A stretch of 60,722 nt of DNA, taken from assembly GCA_943704425.1 (NCBI GenBank), contig CALSCP010000313.1:108249-168970 (forward strand), in the 5' to 3' direction. Under the pieces are notes generated by a model, which was given only the letters and a program-made list of their open reading frames with translations, was not told the DNA's origin and did no database searches. The position numbers and the translations under genes are program-made. Every line of letters starts with the position of its first letter. Positions within the stretch are counted from its first letter, which is position 1. This document shows, in pieces, positions 59,045 to 60,722 of the stretch. The DNA is from Ministeria vibrans ATCC 50519. Taxonomy: Eukaryota > Protista > Filasterea.

Positions 59045-60722
59045 ATGAGCTTAATCCGAGAGCGCATTGGAGAGCTCGACCTGGTACTGCAGCAAGTAGT
59101 TGCGTCCACGGAGAAAGCGCGCGAAGAAAAGATTGTTGCCGTTGCCACGTTGGAAGAAGAGTTTCAAAAGCGAATGCAGGCCGCTCAACAAGCACTGGAG
59201 GATGAGAGGCAGGCAAACGAGGCAACGTTGGCGCGTCAGCGAGAGAGGGCCACGTCGGAGATTACCGCGCTCAAGGCAGAATTAGATAAGCACAAAGAAT
59301 CGACACTGCACACGATCGAGGCTGAGAAGCAGAGCCACCAGGACGCTTTGGCGCGTCAGCGAGAGTCCGCACTTGAAGAGATGTCGGCTTTGGCGACGGA
59401 GATGGGTGAACGACGCGAAGCACTTGAACAGGAGCTCAGAGTGCGTCGCCAGCAGTTTGACGCGGACTTTGCCGTCCTCAATGCGACCTTGGTGCGCGAT
59501 CAAGAGCAGCTTGAGCGTGCCCGAGCGAAGATTGAAGACGCCAGTCGTCGCCAGCAAAAGCGAATCAAGTTCATCGTTGGCGATCGCTCTTTCACCCTCT
59601 CACACGCAACGGCGACGGAACGTGAGCCCGGCTCACTCTTAGCCAACATTGCCGAGGGGCGCGTCCAGTACGAGTCGGGCGAAGGCGACGACAACGCCAT
59701 CTACTTTGACCGTGACAGCGAAATTTTTGGGCGACTCGTTGCGTGGCTGCGCACCGGCATTTCGGTGAAGGCCACCTCGTCAGACGACCTCGCACGCCTC
59801 ATTGCCGAGGCGGAGTTCTTTGAGATGGACAAACTGTTGCTGCTGCTGCGCGAGCAGCGCCGCTTCACTCTTGTTTCGGACGACTGTATGGTACTCTCGC
59901 TGGCTACGCTACCAACTCGTCTGCCCGCCTGCGACTTGCGCGCACTCACGCTGACTTATTTTGACTTTGGCATGGGCGCCCAGATGCCTAAGTGTGTCCT
60001 TTCGCACATGGACTTGCGCGGTGTGCGCCTTCAGAAGGGCTGTCTGCGCGACGCACGTCTAGATGGCGTGGACCTGCGAGGTGCCGATCTGTCAGGCGCA
60101 AATCTGAGCGGGGTGGACTTGTCAGGAGCGAGATTGCACGGCGCGATCATGGACGGTGCAAACCTCGAGGGCGCACAGCTGGTTGGTGCGCAATGTAGTC
60201 GTGTGTCACTGGTGGGCGCCCAATTGCACAACGCTGACCTCACATTGGCCGACCTGAGTCATGTCTGCGCCCGCGAGGCGACATTTCGACGCACCAAGAT
60301 GGATAACGCGAAGATGATTGAGATGGACGCGTCGCATGCAGCGTTTGTCAACATTTTTGCCACGGGAGTTGACTTCTCAGGAGCGAAATTGCATGGTGCG
60401 ATGATGATGGGCGCAGATTTGACGAACGCTACCTTGACCAACGCCGACTTGGTAGACGCCAAGGTCAACTGGTCTCAGGTGCCCAAGTTGTTGATCGGCG
60501 TCAACCTGACTGGACAAGATGTTTCTGGAGTTGACTGGTCATCTAAGGACCTAAGTTGCGCAACTCTAATTCGCGCAACTCTTACCAACGCCAACCTCTC
60601 CAAAGCCAACCTCTCCAACGCTAACCTATCCAGCGCCAACCTATCCAACGCCGGCCTTTCCAACGCAAACCTGTCCAATGCCACGCTCACCAAAGTCAAC
60701 CTCACCCACGCTATCCTCACTG
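59045..60722 (+). CDS. Coiled-coil + BTB (KCTD/T1-type) + pentapeptide-repeat protein, KCTD9-like, truncated at window end (absent from the ORF track)
   Basis: Open frame from ATG 59045; RIKFIVGDRSF, PGSLLA, YFDRDSEIFGRLVAWLRTG, AEAEFFEM; then A[D/N]Lxx repeats, visible as 15-bp repeats near 60585-60700. Confidence 0.88.
   Translation, partial: MSLIRERIGELDLVLQQVVASTEKAREEKIVAVATLEEEFQKRMQAAQQALEDERQANEATLARQRERATSEITALKAELDKHKESTLHTIEAEKQSHQDALARQRESALEEMSALATEMGERREALEQELRVRRQQFDADFAVLNATLVRDQEQLERARAKIEDASRRQQKRIKFIVGDRSFTLSHATATEREPGSLLANIAEGRVQYESGEGDDNAIYFDRDSEIFGRLVAWLRTGISVKATSSDDLARLIAEAEFFEMDKLLLLLREQRRFTLVSDDCMVLSLATLPTRLPACDLRALTLTYFDFGMGAQMPKCVLSHMDLRGVRLQKGCLRDARLDGVDLRGADLSGANLSGVDLSGARLHGAIMDGANLEGAQLVGAQCSRVSLVGAQLHNADLTLADLSHVCAREATFRRTKMDNAKMIEMDASHAAFVNIFATGVDFSGAKLHGAMMMGADLTNATLTNADLVDAKVNWSQVPKLLIGVNLTGQDVSGVDWSSKDLSCATLIRATLTNANLSKANLSNANLSSANLSNAGLSNANLSNATLTKVNLTHAILT

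Overview
Compact, intron-containing eukaryotic genomic DNA with GC-rich exons, short AT-rich spacers, GT-AG introns, microsatellites and four N gaps. Gene content (SHIP-like phosphatase, DSL/Sushi/REJ receptor with a Tyr-rich tail, Sec-containing SelO) suggests a unicellular opisthokont, probably holozoan-like; that placement is inference. I reconstructed 19 protein-coding genes. Recognisable housekeeping genes: WDR37, TMEM245, BABAM2/BRE, LTN1, SELENOO, PMPCA, a PHF21-like PHD protein, LNPK, TMEM104, CLNS1A, a HUNK/MARK-like kinase, CIAO3/NARFL and a KCTD9-like protein. Most unusual items: (1) a 19-exon gene that splices in frame into a receptor-type lipid phosphatase (TM - Cache-like sensor - TM - HAMP-like linker - intact SHIP-type inositol 5-phosphatase + C2); (2) head-to-head with it, a ~4157-aa single-pass receptor with a Notch-ligand-like C2/MNNL-DSL-DSL head, ~35 Sushi repeats, REJ, a cleavage-dead GPS and a poly-Tyr tail; (3) a giant-virus-like SF2 helicase fused to an eIF5/eIF2B-epsilon-type W2 domain; (4) SelO with an in-frame UGA and a canonical SECIS; (5) recurrent fold-back introns. 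No rRNA, tRNA, CRISPR or intact transposon was recognised. All family calls are by motif recognition; no searches were run.
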